Positions 31,417 through 41,654 of a DNA stretch of 64,000 bases are shown in pieces (positions within the stretch are counted from its first letter, which is position 1; every line of letters starts with the position of its first letter). The notes beneath the pieces are model-generated. The model ran no database searches. It worked only from the letters and a program-made list of their open reading frames with translations, and was not told the DNA's origin. This DNA is from a bacterium (GTDB lineage Bacteria; Zhuqueibacterota; Zhuqueibacteria; Residuimicrobiales; Oceaniaggregativiventaceae). The position numbers and the translations under genes are program-made. The DNA lies in the NCBI GenBank assembly GCA_029565675.1, contig JAKQNP010000003.1, positions 79,197-143,196 of the forward strand. Direction: 5' to 3'.

Positions 31417-32565
31417 TCACATCGGGACAAAGTGGTTGGTGAGGCGAAAAGCCGTTGCGAGGTAGTCGGCAATGCGCTCGGCGGCGTGGCCATCACCATA
31501 AGGGTTTTGCGCCCGCGCCATTTCTTCATAAACTGCAGGATCGTTTAAAAGACGATCCGTTTCGGCTAGGATTCGATGCAGGTCTGTGCCGACCAGGCGA
31601 ACCGTACCGGCCTGCACTGCCTCCGGGCGCTCCGTTTCATCGCGCATGACCAGAACCGGTTTCCCCAACGAAGGTCCCTCCTCTTGAATACCGCCGGAAT
31701 CGGTTAGAATCAGATAAGAGCGATTCAGCAACGCCGCCAGGCGGCGATAGTCCACCGGTTGAATAAGATGCAATCGCTCAATTCCGGATAGAATTTCGTT
31801 AACCGGACTCTGGATATTCTGATTGAGATGCACTGGATAGACGACCTCGATATCAGGATGGCTTTCTACCAGAGCACGAAGGGCTGAACAGATCCGGCGA
31901 ATCGGTGCGCCGAAATTTTCCCGCCGATGGGCGGTTACCAGAATCAGGCGGTGACCTCTCGCGCAGAGAGAGTCGACAAAGTTCTGGTCAGGCTTGTGCT
32001 GCAATACCCAGTGCAAGGCATCGATGACTGTATTGCCAGTAACCGCGATTCTGGCATCCTCCACCCCTTCCTGCAAAAGGTTTTGCCGGTTGCCCTCGGT
32101 TGGAGCAAAATGGTAGGAAGCCACATTGCTGATCATCCGTCGATTGGCTTCTTCTGGGTAGGGTGAAAAGAGGTTAAATGTGCGCAATCCCGCTTCGATG
32201 TGGCCGACCGGAATAGCCGCGTAAAAAGCGGTTAAGGCGCCGATGAACGCAGTTGTGGTGTCTCCTTGTACCAAAACCAATTTCGGGCGCAATTCTTCCA
32301 AAACCTGACGAAATCCATGCACAGCGGATTCAGCGATTTGGTTGAGAGTTTGATTGGGCTGCATAATGTTCAGATCGATATCCGGTCGAATGCCAAACAA
32401 GTCCAAGACCTGATCCAGCATCTGGCGATGTTGTGAAGTCGAAACAACCGTCAATCGAAAACGCGGGTCATTCCGCAGCAACAACACAACCGGCGCCATT
32501 TTTATAGCCTCGGGGCGGGTACCAAAAAGAACCACCGTATTCAACGGCTTTTGGGAATCGGCCAC
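31417..32565 (-). CDS. wecB: UDP-N-acetylglucosamine 2-epimerase (non-hydrolysing)
   Basis: VVLFGTRPEAIKMAPVV ... STSQHRQMLDQVLDLFGIRPDIDLNIM ... HIEAGLRT pattern. Likely GTG start at 32565 behind an AAGGAG SD (ORF-track start 32589). Confidence 0.9.
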   Translation of the reverse strand: MADSQKPLNTVVLFGTRPEAIKMAPVVLLLRNDPRFRLTVVSTSQHRQMLDQVLDLFGIRPDIDLNIMQPNQTLNQIAESAVHGFRQVLEELRPKLVLVQGDTTTAFIGALTAFYAAIPVGHIEAGLRTFNLFSPYPEEANRRMISNVASYHFAPTEGNRQNLLQEGVEDARIAVTGNTVIDALHWVLQHKPDQNFVDSLCARGHRLILVTAHRRENFGAPIRRICSALRALVESHPDIEVVYPVHLNQNIQSPVNEILSGIERLHLIQPVDYRRLAALLNRSYLILTDSGGIQEEGPSLGKPVLVMRDETERPEAVQAGTVRLVGTDLHRILAETDRLLNDPAVYEEMARAQNPYGDGHAAERIADYLATAFRLTNHFVPM

Positions 32566-32635
32566 TCTGTCTCCTTTTTCACCAAGCATCTGCCATCGGC
32601 AACACCGGGGTCTTTATTGCTGGTCAATCAACTGG

Positions 32636-34426
32636 CTATTTGACCAAAGACAATTTAAGGGTGATATCTTGCGATTCAAACTGTATCCGGCAAAAATAAA
32701 GTCCGCTTGCCACAGGATTTTTTTGGTCATCGATTCCCGACCAGAAAATGCGGTGTTCTCCAGCATCTGCATCTCGATCCATCAACACAGCGATTTTTTC
32801 ACCGGCCAAATTGGTGATGGTGATTTGGGTGTGACCGTGTTCGGGCAAAGAAAAATGAAGCCACGTTCCTTCATTGAATGGATTGGGATATATGCCGGCA
32901 ACGATCCAATTCTGTGGTGCAGCGCCAATGAATACTCTATCGGATAGGGTGCTCGCGCCATCGGTGTCGATTTGATTGAGACGGTAATAGAGGGCGGTTG
33001 ATGGAGCGCTCTTATCGATATAGGTGTAGCGGTTCAATGCGCTGCTGGTTCCATGCCCGGGGACAAAGCCGATCTTTTCAAAATAAAGACCGTCGCTTGA
33101 TCGACAAATCTCGAATCCGAGATTATTCAACTCAGATGCGGTTTGCCAGGTCAAGCAAATACCGTTGGATTGACGAGAAAGGGACAAGCTTACCAGCTCT
33201 ACGCTGACCAAAGCGGTGTTTCCCTCCAGCGCCCTGATATAGCTGTCGTTAGAACCGCAAACCACATCCTCTGCACCATTGCCATTCAGATCACCAGCCG
33301 CCGCAATAGTTTTGATATCACCGCCGGCTTTAAATGTCCAGATAATTTCGCCTGAACGACCGCAAAGAGCAGCTGCCGTGTTGTCTCCAGTACCAACCGC
33401 GGCATCCGGAACCAAATCACCGTTGATATCCAGCAATGTACAAACCGTCCAGATATCACCATGAAAGGCAGTGTCCCATATTTTTTTGCCATCTATGCCT
33501 GAAAGAGCATAAACATGATCATCTGATGAACCGGCGATGCAATCCTGTCGGCCATCGCCATTGATATCATCCACGGCAGTAACGCATTGAATGTCTGCTC
33601 CTGCAGCAAAAGACCAGAGTTGTTGCCCCGTTTTGCCAGATAGGCAATGGACGCGGTCAGCAGCGGTGCCGGCGAGGCAATCATTGATCCCATCTGCATT
33701 GACATCTGAAATTTTTTCGACGCTCCAAACATCGGAAGAGGTCGAAAAACTCCAAAGCTGACGAGAAACACTGCTCTGCGCTTGGGCAGAAAGACAATAG
33801 ACCCGATCATCGGCAGCACCGGCAAAGCAGTCTGCATAGCCATCCTTATTGATATCCCCTGCATAGACAACTGACCAGACGTCACCCTGCGTGTTGAATT
33901 GCCAGAGGAGCACACCAACACCCAAACTGGCTCCTGAAATACAACAGATCCGGTTATCGCCTGTGCCAACCAGAGCATCAGCTTTTTTATCGCCGTTGAT
34001 ATCAGGGAGCGAAGCCACAGTCCAAACATCGCCGGTGACGCCGTATGACCAAATCCACTCGCCGAGTTTGCTGGGATCGCCGGAAATGCAATAAATCGTG
34101 TTGTCGGCAGCGCCGGCCAGACAATCAGCCTTGCCATCGCCATTGATATCGCCGAGCGACGCCACTTGCCAGACATCGCCACTGACTGTCGTCGACCACA
34201 ATTCAGCTCCTGCAGCCTTGCCGCCGCCTTCCAGACAATAAATCCGGTTATCTGAAGCGCCGGCAAAGACATCCACAATCCCGTTGCCACTCACATCGCC
34301 AGTCATTTGAACGCTGTTGACATACCAATCCGTGGTAGTGCTCCAAATAACAGCAGCATTGTTTTGCGCTGCTGCAGCTGCAGCAAACCACATGGTTATC
34401 CAGACAATCTTTTGTGCGAACTGCAT
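32636..34426 (-). CDS. FG-GAP/PQQ-like beta-propeller repeat protein with a T9SS C-terminal sorting domain
   Basis: At least 8 repeats of GD.NGDG.AD...G..D..IYC.SG. The C-terminus has IYPNPFNEGTWLHFSLP ... GLYFCRIQ ... LSLVK. Start moved to the ATG at 34426 (signal peptide MQFAQKIVWITMWFAAAAAAQ, AAGGAG SD). Confidence 0.8.
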   Translation of the reverse strand: MQFAQKIVWITMWFAAAAAAQNNAAVIWSTTTDWYVNSVQMTGDVSGNGIVDVFAGASDNRIYCLEGGGKAAGAELWSTTVSGDVWQVASLGDINGDGKADCLAGAADNTIYCISGDPSKLGEWIWSYGVTGDVWTVASLPDINGDKKADALVGTGDNRICCISGASLGVGVLLWQFNTQGDVWSVVYAGDINKDGYADCFAGAADDRVYCLSAQAQSSVSRQLWSFSTSSDVWSVEKISDVNADGINDCLAGTAADRVHCLSGKTGQQLWSFAAGADIQCVTAVDDINGDGRQDCIAGSSDDHVYALSGIDGKKIWDTAFHGDIWTVCTLLDINGDLVPDAAVGTGDNTAAALCGRSGEIIWTFKAGGDIKTIAAAGDLNGNGAEDVVCGSNDSYIRALEGNTALVSVELVSLSLSRQSNGICLTWQTASELNNLGFEICRSSDGLYFEKIGFVPGHGTSSALNRYTYIDKSAPSTALYYRLNQIDTDGASTLSDRVFIGAAPQNWIVAGIYPNPFNEGTWLHFSLPEHGHTQITITNLAGEKIAVLMDRDADAGEHRIFWSGIDDQKNPVASGLYFCRIQFESQDITLKLSLVK

Positions 34427-34452
34427 GACCATACTCTCCTTAAAACAAACTT

Positions 34453-35295
34453 TCAAGAACCCCAGCCATGCCAAAAGGTCAAGCCAATTCTTGTATAACG
34501 ATATTCTGAATCATTGGGATTTTCATAATCACCGCTGCGCGGGGTGACTTTGCCATTCAGAAATTCAACAAACAGATCAAAATCCAGATCATTCCAGGGT
34601 TTGACCCTAATCCCCAGTCCAGCCTCAGTTTTGTTGTTCCAGTAATCGCCGTTTATATCGGTCATCAGATAACTGACCCAATAGGCGTCAATCGCAGTCT
34701 TGTATAAGCGCAACAACCGAAAGCCAACTTTGCCATTCACATACAGGATGCCATTTCTGCGATCATTGCGAAAGTAAAAAAAATCGCCATAAATCTCATC
34801 CCACAGGGTGAGTGGGACTGTCGTATTCCAACGATGGACAGCTTCGCCGTCAAAACCTTGCCAAAATATCAATCCGGCCCGAACATCCGTATAGTCGGCA
34901 CCATCAGGCAATGTGCTCTCATCAGTTTTCATATAATGTCCATTGACAAGCTCCGTACAAAGAGCAAGATAAATCCGCTGAAAGAAGCGCAAGCGCGTAC
35001 CCACCATCAATTCAGCGCGGTTATTCCAAAAATCGCGATTGGCATCGCTGCCGATGCGTTGTTTGAAGTAAAGATCCATCGTACTGATGCCGAAAAGACC
35101 AAACCGCACACCTTCCAAAGCCTGCGCCATGGTGATGGTGTTGTCCTCGAGTTTGCCCATGTTTATGGTTTCATCGTAGACCTCGGCAAAAAGACGCGGA
35201 CGGAATTCGGCTTGTGCTGCAACCTGCACTACCGACGACAGCATAACCGCCATCAAAAACATAAACAGATGATGAATTGCGAATCGCTTTTTCAT
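34453..35295 (-). CDS. Secreted aromatic-rich protein, candidate periplasmic/outer-membrane (beta-barrel?) partner of the adjacent GT2 synthase
   Basis: Signal peptide MKKRFAIHHLFMFLMAVMLSSVVQVAAQA. Rich in W/Y/F/D/N with alternating hydrophobic patterns. 4-bp overlap with the upstream GT2 gene (translational coupling). Confidence 0.55.
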   Translation of the reverse strand: MKKRFAIHHLFMFLMAVMLSSVVQVAAQAEFRPRLFAEVYDETINMGKLEDNTITMAQALEGVRFGLFGISTMDLYFKQRIGSDANRDFWNNRAELMVGTRLRFFQRIYLALCTELVNGHYMKTDESTLPDGADYTDVRAGLIFWQGFDGEAVHRWNTTVPLTLWDEIYGDFFYFRNDRRNGILYVNGKVGFRLLRLYKTAIDAYWVSYLMTDINGDYWNNKTEAGLGIRVKPWNDLDFDLFVEFLNGKVTPRSGDYENPNDSEYRYTRIGLTFWHGWGS

Positions 35296-36587
35296 AGACG
35301 AGTTCTTTCTTTTTCCGTGTCAGTTTCAGGAATAAGAAAACGCTCGGTCTTGTCCCAAATGCCAACGCGATGTCGGCGGGCATCAAAAAACAAACCGCGA
35401 AAAACGATAAAAAGCCAAAGCTGACAATAGGTAAAATACATCAAGATGGTGTAGAAAATGTTCTTGGGCGAATCTTCATTCTCGTAGGACAAAACCAAAA
35501 GAATTTCCATAATGAACAAAACAAAAGCGGAAAGCCAGACAGCAAAATAGGGGCCAGGCACTTTGAGAGCGACAATTCCCAATCCACTCAAGACGAAGAG
35601 CAAATGCGACAGCACGATGGCCAATAAAAAAAGATAATAAAGGGCGAACAAATAAAAGAACTCAGTCACCAGAAATCGACTCTTGAGGCGAACGGCATCC
35701 ATGGCAAATTTGCGCAACACATAATTGTTGCCCCGTACCCAACGTGTGCGCTGCCGTATCCATACTTTTAATGTCTCCGGTTCTTGCTCCCAGGTTACAC
35801 TGAGAGGAATAAACTTTATGTAGAAGCCTTTTTGATAGATTCGCACACTCAACTCTGAATCCTCAGTTATCGCTTTTTCATCCCAGCCACCGCATTGCTG
35901 CAAAACCGACCTTTTAATAATATAATTGGTGCCGGGTAAGATCGCGATTCGCGACAGGCAGAATCGCCCTGCCTGCAAGATCCACTGGAAGGCCAGTGTT
36001 TCGATGTTGATTAATCGTGTTAATCCGTTTCGATTTCGATTGAGTGTTCGAAATTTTCCAATAACTGCCGCACATTTTTCATCAGTCAACAAATGAGGAA
36101 CAAGTTTGCGCAAAGAATCGGATTCCGGACGATTGTCAGCGTCATAAATGGCGATGGTTTCGTATTTGCAGTGTTCCAGTCCTTGGTTGAGTGCATGCGC
36201 TTTGCCATGCCCGGTTTGACCCTTGGCCAAATTGATCAACGACACACGGGAATCTTTTTTTATATAATCTTCGACTATCGTCTGTGTGGCATCATGTGAG
36301 CCATCATTGATAACAAGAATTTCTAGACGATCAGACGGATAATCGAGCTTTGACAGACGATCGATTGTGGACGCGATTACACGCTCTTCATTATGGGCAG
36401 GGACCATAATCGATATCGCAGGCCAGGATTGTAGGCTGTGATTGTCTTGTGCATCGATGCGCAACAAATGCTGGCGATAGCGATATCCGGCAAAAGCCAG
36501 GATCACCTGGTATCCAATCATCAGCCAAATGATCACAACGCTTACGAGAAAGAGAGAATCCAGGACCGGGTGTACCAGAGGGATCAT
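35292..36587 (-). CDS. Processive family-2 glycosyltransferase (cellulose/PNAG/chitin-synthase-like, PgaC/BcsA/NodC class), integral membrane
   Basis: N- and C-terminal TM helices flank a GT2 core with D, DxD (IYDADN), TED (ITEDSE) and QxxRW (RQRTRW) motifs. Confidence 0.85.
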   Translation of the reverse strand: MIPLVHPVLDSLFLVSVVIIWLMIGYQVILAFAGYRYRQHLLRIDAQDNHSLQSWPAISIMVPAHNEERVIASTIDRLSKLDYPSDRLEILVINDGSHDATQTIVEDYIKKDSRVSLINLAKGQTGHGKAHALNQGLEHCKYETIAIYDADNRPESDSLRKLVPHLLTDEKCAAVIGKFRTLNRNRNGLTRLINIETLAFQWILQAGRFCLSRIAILPGTNYIIKRSVLQQCGGWDEKAITEDSELSVRIYQKGFYIKFIPLSVTWEQEPETLKVWIRQRTRWVRGNNYVLRKFAMDAVRLKSRFLVTEFFYLFALYYLFLLAIVLSHLLFVLSGLGIVALKVPGPYFAVWLSAFVLFIMEILLVLSYENEDSPKNIFYTILMYFTYCQLWLFIVFRGLFFDARRHRVGIWDKTERFLIPETDTEKERTRL

Positions 36588-36677
36588 TCATCCTCCATGG
36601 TTCTTGATAGGGTACTGAAAATCACTTGGGCAAGTCTTTTCCCCAAACTGCACCAAAATCGCAATCACAATAACTCT

Positions 36678-39600
36678 TCAGGCAGTTTGCCCAGATCGCT
36701 TGCGCAGGGTGTGGCGAACATAGATAATGATGAGCGAAAAACCGGCAAAAAAACCGATCAAGACAATGAGACCCGACAAGAACAAACTGGCGAATTTTAA
36801 AAACTGTGTCCCACTGCTCATGGTAAAAATGATCGCCTGATGCTCACCGGAAGGCAGTTTGATCGAATATCCCAACTCTCCAACAGTTCCAGTGGCTGAG
36901 AATTTTTTCCCGTCTAGAAGAATGGCACGGGGCTGTTCGTTTAGGATGACCCAATTTGGCATGGGCGAGGAATAGTGAATGGCAACTCCGCGGCCAATTA
37001 GATGGGCTGAGATCAGTTCGCCGGACAGGTCAACGATACGAACCGATGATTCAAATCGATTCATCATACTCTTCAAACGTCCGACCGTCTGCAGACGATG
37101 GTGCCCGATGGGCAACGTCACCCGGCCGCGATCATAGACTGGCCAGATATCGCCATCCAGCAAGACATCCTGATGTCGTTCGCCATCGACGCGCACGATG
37201 ACCGTATAAGATGTTTCGATTTCCCAAACGCACTCATCCAATCTTTCCTTTGCCTGGGCAGCAAAGGCATTCGGCAACAACGGAAAATCGACTTGATAGA
37301 TGCTGGCTTCAGAAAACAAAGAAACCCGGTTAACTTCATTCGCAGCAATTGCGGTATTGCGATACAGCTCGAGTCCACTCAACTGAGCAGTCGGACTGTG
37401 ACTGACTTGACTCTGACGATAGGGTTCCACAGCGATATCGAGAACCAGCGGTAAATCTCCATATATTTGGGCCATTTTTTTAAACCGTTCCGGCCCAAGA
37501 TGCCAGGTTTCTCGTGGATCTTCAAACTGCAAGGTGTAGGGGAAATCTTTCCTCAATTCAAGAATTTTTTTAATATCGATGCCCAAAGATTTGGCTGTAT
37601 TCGCTGCAATTTCACTGTCCATCGAAGTGATCATAAGATCCCAATCGCTCTGATGTTTTTTTTGCAATTCAAACAAGAAACCGAGAAAGTGGCGGTACAA
37701 ATCGACTACCTGTTCGGACCGAAAACGGAAAAAACTTGCAGCTGCATTCGAATTGTGCTGCCAAAAGTAGGGCGATCGAGGATTGAATAGAGCCAACGGA
37801 TCAAATCCGGCTTGCTTAAAAAAGACCTGGCGAATATCCTGGTTCATCGGCGTGAAAGCTTCTGGTGCATCAAATCTAAGAGCCGATTCATAGTTGAGCT
37901 CTACCGAATTAATTCCATCCCAATCAAAGGACAACAAAAGGTTCTGCAATTCATTAAAGACCGCTTCACGGCAGGCCTCGATATTCAACGCCATGAGTTT
38001 GCGCCAACCGACGACTGCATCCATGCCGAGTGCATTCTTCTCTCGCCACTCTGGGAAACGCGTCCAGAACACATCATTGACATGCGGCAATTCCAACCAC
38101 AAGTAAACAACCATCGCATTTTGATGGGCCAGTCGAATCAGCCGTTCATAGTCGTATTGATAGTCTGCATAAAAATGCCAACCCGATACATAGATCGCTC
38201 GCACACCGTTGCTGCGCCACATTTTGATCAGATCCTCGATGCTGATATCTTCTCGGTCACCAGGTTCAAAATAGACTTCAATAGCACGGCGATGAACCAT
38301 GGGCTTGAGCGAAAAGTGTCGATTGAGCAGATCGATCAAATAGGGAAATCGGGCATAACCGCCATCGGTCACCGGATCCAGCAGGGCACCAAAATGGAGA
38401 TATTTGCCTTCGCCAAATTCACCCCCCGTTACAACAGGCTGTGCAGAATCTGCGGTAGAATAATAAACAATGAAATTTGCATCAGTATCGAAACCCTGCA
38501 ACTCTCCGCCCGGTCGCCAAATGATTTCAACCTGCGGGTAATATTCGTCAACAACAGAATTGATCAGCCGATTTTTCTCTGTACGATACACTCCAATCAT
38601 TTCGCTCATCTGCGAAACCTGTTCCATTACCACATTCAGACCTTTTTGTACACCACTCATTATAAACAGGCGTTGCTGTTCAGTCAGGATGCGAGCGGCA
38701 CTTTGAGGAATGATCAATAGATTGATATGGCTGGGAATTTCAAATAAGCTCTGACAAACCAAAGAATCCGCATCAATACCAACACTTGAAAGAGCACAAA
38801 ACCAGTTGCTTTGACTGCGGCCAAGCTGTTCAGCAGACGAGGTATCGATTAAAATAGCCGCACAGACAGGATTGGACTGGGAGTCAAACAACGGATCGGT
38901 TTTACCGAATACCGATTCAGACAGGTCAGAAAGACTAAATTGTCCGAGTCCTTTTCTCCCTTTAGGATATCCTGGGGCTTGTTTCTGCAGCACATACATC
39001 CATCCCAAAGGTACGTCAATCGTTCGAGTTATTCTACCCGTAACCAGCGTATCAGAAATAGTTTGCCGTTGCAGCTTACCGTTTTCATCGATAAAAAATT
39101 CATGAACTCGACAACCTTGGCAATCGAGCTCGACTGTTCCACTGCCGGTTAACACACAATAATTAGGAGCCTGAACGATATTTTGGGTCATTCTTGGACT
39201 GGAGAATTGGTAAGAGAGCTCTTTCATACCCTGAACGATCTTTTTCAAAACAGACAGATCGATAAATGGATGAAAAAAGAAGCTGGCGATTCCATCCCGA
39301 ACCAGCAATTGATGCTGAGCAGCAGTTAGGATAGCAGCGGCTTCCTGCTGGTCGAGAGGAACATAACCGAGGTTCTCCGGAATGATCCGTCCTCCAGACA
39401 TATGACGGTTGATCAAATAGGGTACAAGTTGATCTGAGCCATGCAGATCAAGTGTTTGCCGGCGTTCATAAGCAGTGCTGAAATAGCGATTGATCACTCC
39501 GTAATCGAGTTGAGACGCTGCATAATGGGGTGTTTCCCAGGTTACCGGGTAAAGCTCGGCTCGTTCCATTTCGTTCAGAGCCGTCTCGATTCTTTGCCGC

Positions 39601-41654
39601 ACATATTCCCGCGAATCGCTGAACAGCGGTCCGTTGGATAGAGCATCCCAAAATTCATAGTCGGCAGTGCTTTCTCCGCGCAATTGATGCGTTGATCCGT
39701 GTAAAACAATGGTTCCACCTGAGCGGACGAGCTCTTGAAGCGCATCAATAAACTCGGGTCGATCAGAAATCGACACTGCAAGATTAGACTCAGGATCGAG
39801 ATAAAAGGGTACCACTGAGACAGAAAAAGGTACGGATTCGGCTTTCAGCAGACGCGCAATCTTGCGCAGGACTTTAGGATCGGTCAGGGGATGAACATCC
39901 TCGATGCGCAACAGAGCCAACGGTTTCTGTGCATGATATTCTCGCAGAATATCGTGCAATAGATCGCTGAAAACGATATGACGGCCGCCTTCAATAACAA
40001 AAGCTGTCGGCAGATCGGCAATATACCAAAATTGACCACTCTGGACAATATAGGGCCATTGCTGATCCCCTTTCACAAGCCAGGACCAAACATGACAGCG
40101 TTCTTCATCGTTGATCTTGATCGCATTCCAGGCCGGATCGACTTTGACCAGATCGATCTGTTTATAACGCACCGATATTCCCTCATCATGGCGTTTTTCG
40201 ATAAAACTCATGCCATGTGAATTGCCAGTCATGTTTAGAAATTGCTCCACTCCATTGTTCATCCATACCAACGTGCCAGGATAGCGATCGATGGTCTGCA
40301 AAAATTCAACCGGATAATCAAACTGCGGATCGACGCCTACACAAAAGAGGGCGTCGCTGTTTTCGATCACCTGGTCCAGCGAATCAGGCACTGGTGCAAT
40401 CGGCAGCAAGGAAACTCGAGCCCGAAAATGGGTGAGCAGACTGGCGACCTGGCGGGCATCGTTTTCACCCAAAGGATCAAAGCAGACAACGACGCGACAA
40501 GTCGTGCGTTCCTCTACAGCGGCATAAAATGCATCCCAAGCCTGAAGTTTGTCAAGCTGGTGGGTATCATAGATGTCGATATCTGGCAATCCAGCGCGTC
40601 GGGCTGCCCGTATTGCAGCCGCCAAATCACCAGGTCGCACTACAACTGCACCAAAGGGAGTAATTTCCAAATGAGCGACAATCCGTGCACGACCATTGAC
40701 CTGAGAGAGGACAGTTCGAGCTGCGCCCTCGACCCATTCAGGTGTGAATGTTTGTTTCTGTTTTACTTCATTCTCCCATTGTTGCCACATAAATTCCATT
40801 ACCAGCCAATCAGGTCTATCTTCGCCCCGCAATAAACCGGCAAGATCGAAACCTGTTAACTGCTTTTGCTGTTCTGGAGTCAATACAGCTCCATCGCTAT
40901 GAGCGCTGACGATATGGGTGACACTGGCTATCCGCTTATGCCTGTGAATCAGAGCAATCGAAGCTTGCAGGGTCTGCAACAATCCAGAGGAAGAGGACAT
41001 CAAGCTGTCTGCAGCCGCAAGGCAGCTGCCGCAGTAGCAACGGTTTTGGTTCCAGGCAATGACCGGCTCAGCTATATCGATGCCATCGAGATCGGGATAA
41101 CGGCGCAAGATTTCGTCGATAAACCCCAGCCACCATTCACGGACTTTAGGATTGGCGGGGCAAAGAAAGGCACTTTCATTGTCAGGTTTATACTCTTTCC
41201 CATCAGCTTTTCGGACGCGCCAATCAGGATTTTTTTGCCAGGCCAATGCATGCTGAAAGGCAGGAAGCCAAGCCATGATTCGAATCTGCCTAGGGTGAGC
41301 GGCGCGCAACATATACTTGAGCAAATCGCGACGCCCATAATCGGCTTGCTCATTAAGAGTATAATCAGTACGATACTTGGCACCATGGACCGGATCGTAT
41401 GCTTTAAAAAAGATGGTGTTGATACCCCTATCGCTCCATTCAGCAACCAGAGATTCACAAAAGCGGGCGATATTGTCGGGATCGGTGTAATAGTAGCTCG
41501 GATCGAAACGCACAGCTTGGATGGTACCGTCCTGCGGATCAAGAAGCAGGTCGCTGGCAAATTCTGCATATAGATTACCAACGCTGCAAAAAATAGCAGC
41601 GATCAACAACAGAATTGAATTTTTCATTCGACTCATCAAAAGCCCAATTTGCAT
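36678..41654 (-). CDS. Giant (1658 aa) multidomain polysaccharide-modifying protein: signal peptide, two GHL10/DUF187-like TIM-barrel glycoside-hydrolase-like domains flanking a DUF2334-like (polysaccharide deacetylase-fold) domain, C-terminal TM anchor
   Basis: An N-terminal signal peptide. Residues ~40-260 have GINTIFFKAYDPVHGAKYRTDY ... HPRQIRIMAWLPAF (GHL10-like). Residues ~610-830 have LRIEDVHPLTDPK ... GGTIVLHGSTHQ (DUF2334-like). Residues ~1130-1330 have GVRAIYVSGWHFYADYQ ... MVVYLWLELPHV (second GHL10-like). The C-terminus has FLSGLIVLIGFFAGFSLIIIYV (TM). Family names are from memory of motif patterns and are not verified. Confidence 0.75.
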   Translation of the reverse strand: MQIGLLMSRMKNSILLLIAAIFCSVGNLYAEFASDLLLDPQDGTIQAVRFDPSYYYTDPDNIARFCESLVAEWSDRGINTIFFKAYDPVHGAKYRTDYTLNEQADYGRRDLLKYMLRAAHPRQIRIMAWLPAFQHALAWQKNPDWRVRKADGKEYKPDNESAFLCPANPKVREWWLGFIDEILRRYPDLDGIDIAEPVIAWNQNRCYCGSCLAAADSLMSSSSGLLQTLQASIALIHRHKRIASVTHIVSAHSDGAVLTPEQQKQLTGFDLAGLLRGEDRPDWLVMEFMWQQWENEVKQKQTFTPEWVEGAARTVLSQVNGRARIVAHLEITPFGAVVVRPGDLAAAIRAARRAGLPDIDIYDTHQLDKLQAWDAFYAAVEERTTCRVVVCFDPLGENDARQVASLLTHFRARVSLLPIAPVPDSLDQVIENSDALFCVGVDPQFDYPVEFLQTIDRYPGTLVWMNNGVEQFLNMTGNSHGMSFIEKRHDEGISVRYKQIDLVKVDPAWNAIKINDEERCHVWSWLVKGDQQWPYIVQSGQFWYIADLPTAFVIEGGRHIVFSDLLHDILREYHAQKPLALLRIEDVHPLTDPKVLRKIARLLKAESVPFSVSVVPFYLDPESNLAVSISDRPEFIDALQELVRSGGTIVLHGSTHQLRGESTADYEFWDALSNGPLFSDSREYVRQRIETALNEMERAELYPVTWETPHYAASQLDYGVINRYFSTAYERRQTLDLHGSDQLVPYLINRHMSGGRIIPENLGYVPLDQQEAAAILTAAQHQLLVRDGIASFFFHPFIDLSVLKKIVQGMKELSYQFSSPRMTQNIVQAPNYCVLTGSGTVELDCQGCRVHEFFIDENGKLQRQTISDTLVTGRITRTIDVPLGWMYVLQKQAPGYPKGRKGLGQFSLSDLSESVFGKTDPLFDSQSNPVCAAILIDTSSAEQLGRSQSNWFCALSSVGIDADSLVCQSLFEIPSHINLLIIPQSAARILTEQQRLFIMSGVQKGLNVVMEQVSQMSEMIGVYRTEKNRLINSVVDEYYPQVEIIWRPGGELQGFDTDANFIVYYSTADSAQPVVTGGEFGEGKYLHFGALLDPVTDGGYARFPYLIDLLNRHFSLKPMVHRRAIEVYFEPGDREDISIEDLIKMWRSNGVRAIYVSGWHFYADYQYDYERLIRLAHQNAMVVYLWLELPHVNDVFWTRFPEWREKNALGMDAVVGWRKLMALNIEACREAVFNELQNLLLSFDWDGINSVELNYESALRFDAPEAFTPMNQDIRQVFFKQAGFDPLALFNPRSPYFWQHNSNAAASFFRFRSEQVVDLYRHFLGFLFELQKKHQSDWDLMITSMDSEIAANTAKSLGIDIKKILELRKDFPYTLQFEDPRETWHLGPERFKKMAQIYGDLPLVLDIAVEPYRQSQVSHSPTAQLSGLELYRNTAIAANEVNRVSLFSEASIYQVDFPLLPNAFAAQAKERLDECVWEIETSYTVIVRVDGERHQDVLLDGDIWPVYDRGRVTLPIGHHRLQTVGRLKSMMNRFESSVRIVDLSGELISAHLIGRGVAIHYSSPMPNWVILNEQPRAILLDGKKFSATGTVGELGYSIKLPSGEHQAIIFTMSSGTQFLKFASLFLSGLIVLIGFFAGFSLIIIYVRHTLRKRSGQTA

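Noticed and set aside
33493-34290. 265-aa minus-strand ORF
   Set aside because: An alternate frame inside the FG-GAP propeller gene, which has clear repeat structure and a T9SS tail in its own frame.
37812-38720. 302-aa + strand ORF
   Set aside because: Antisense within the 1658-aa gene.
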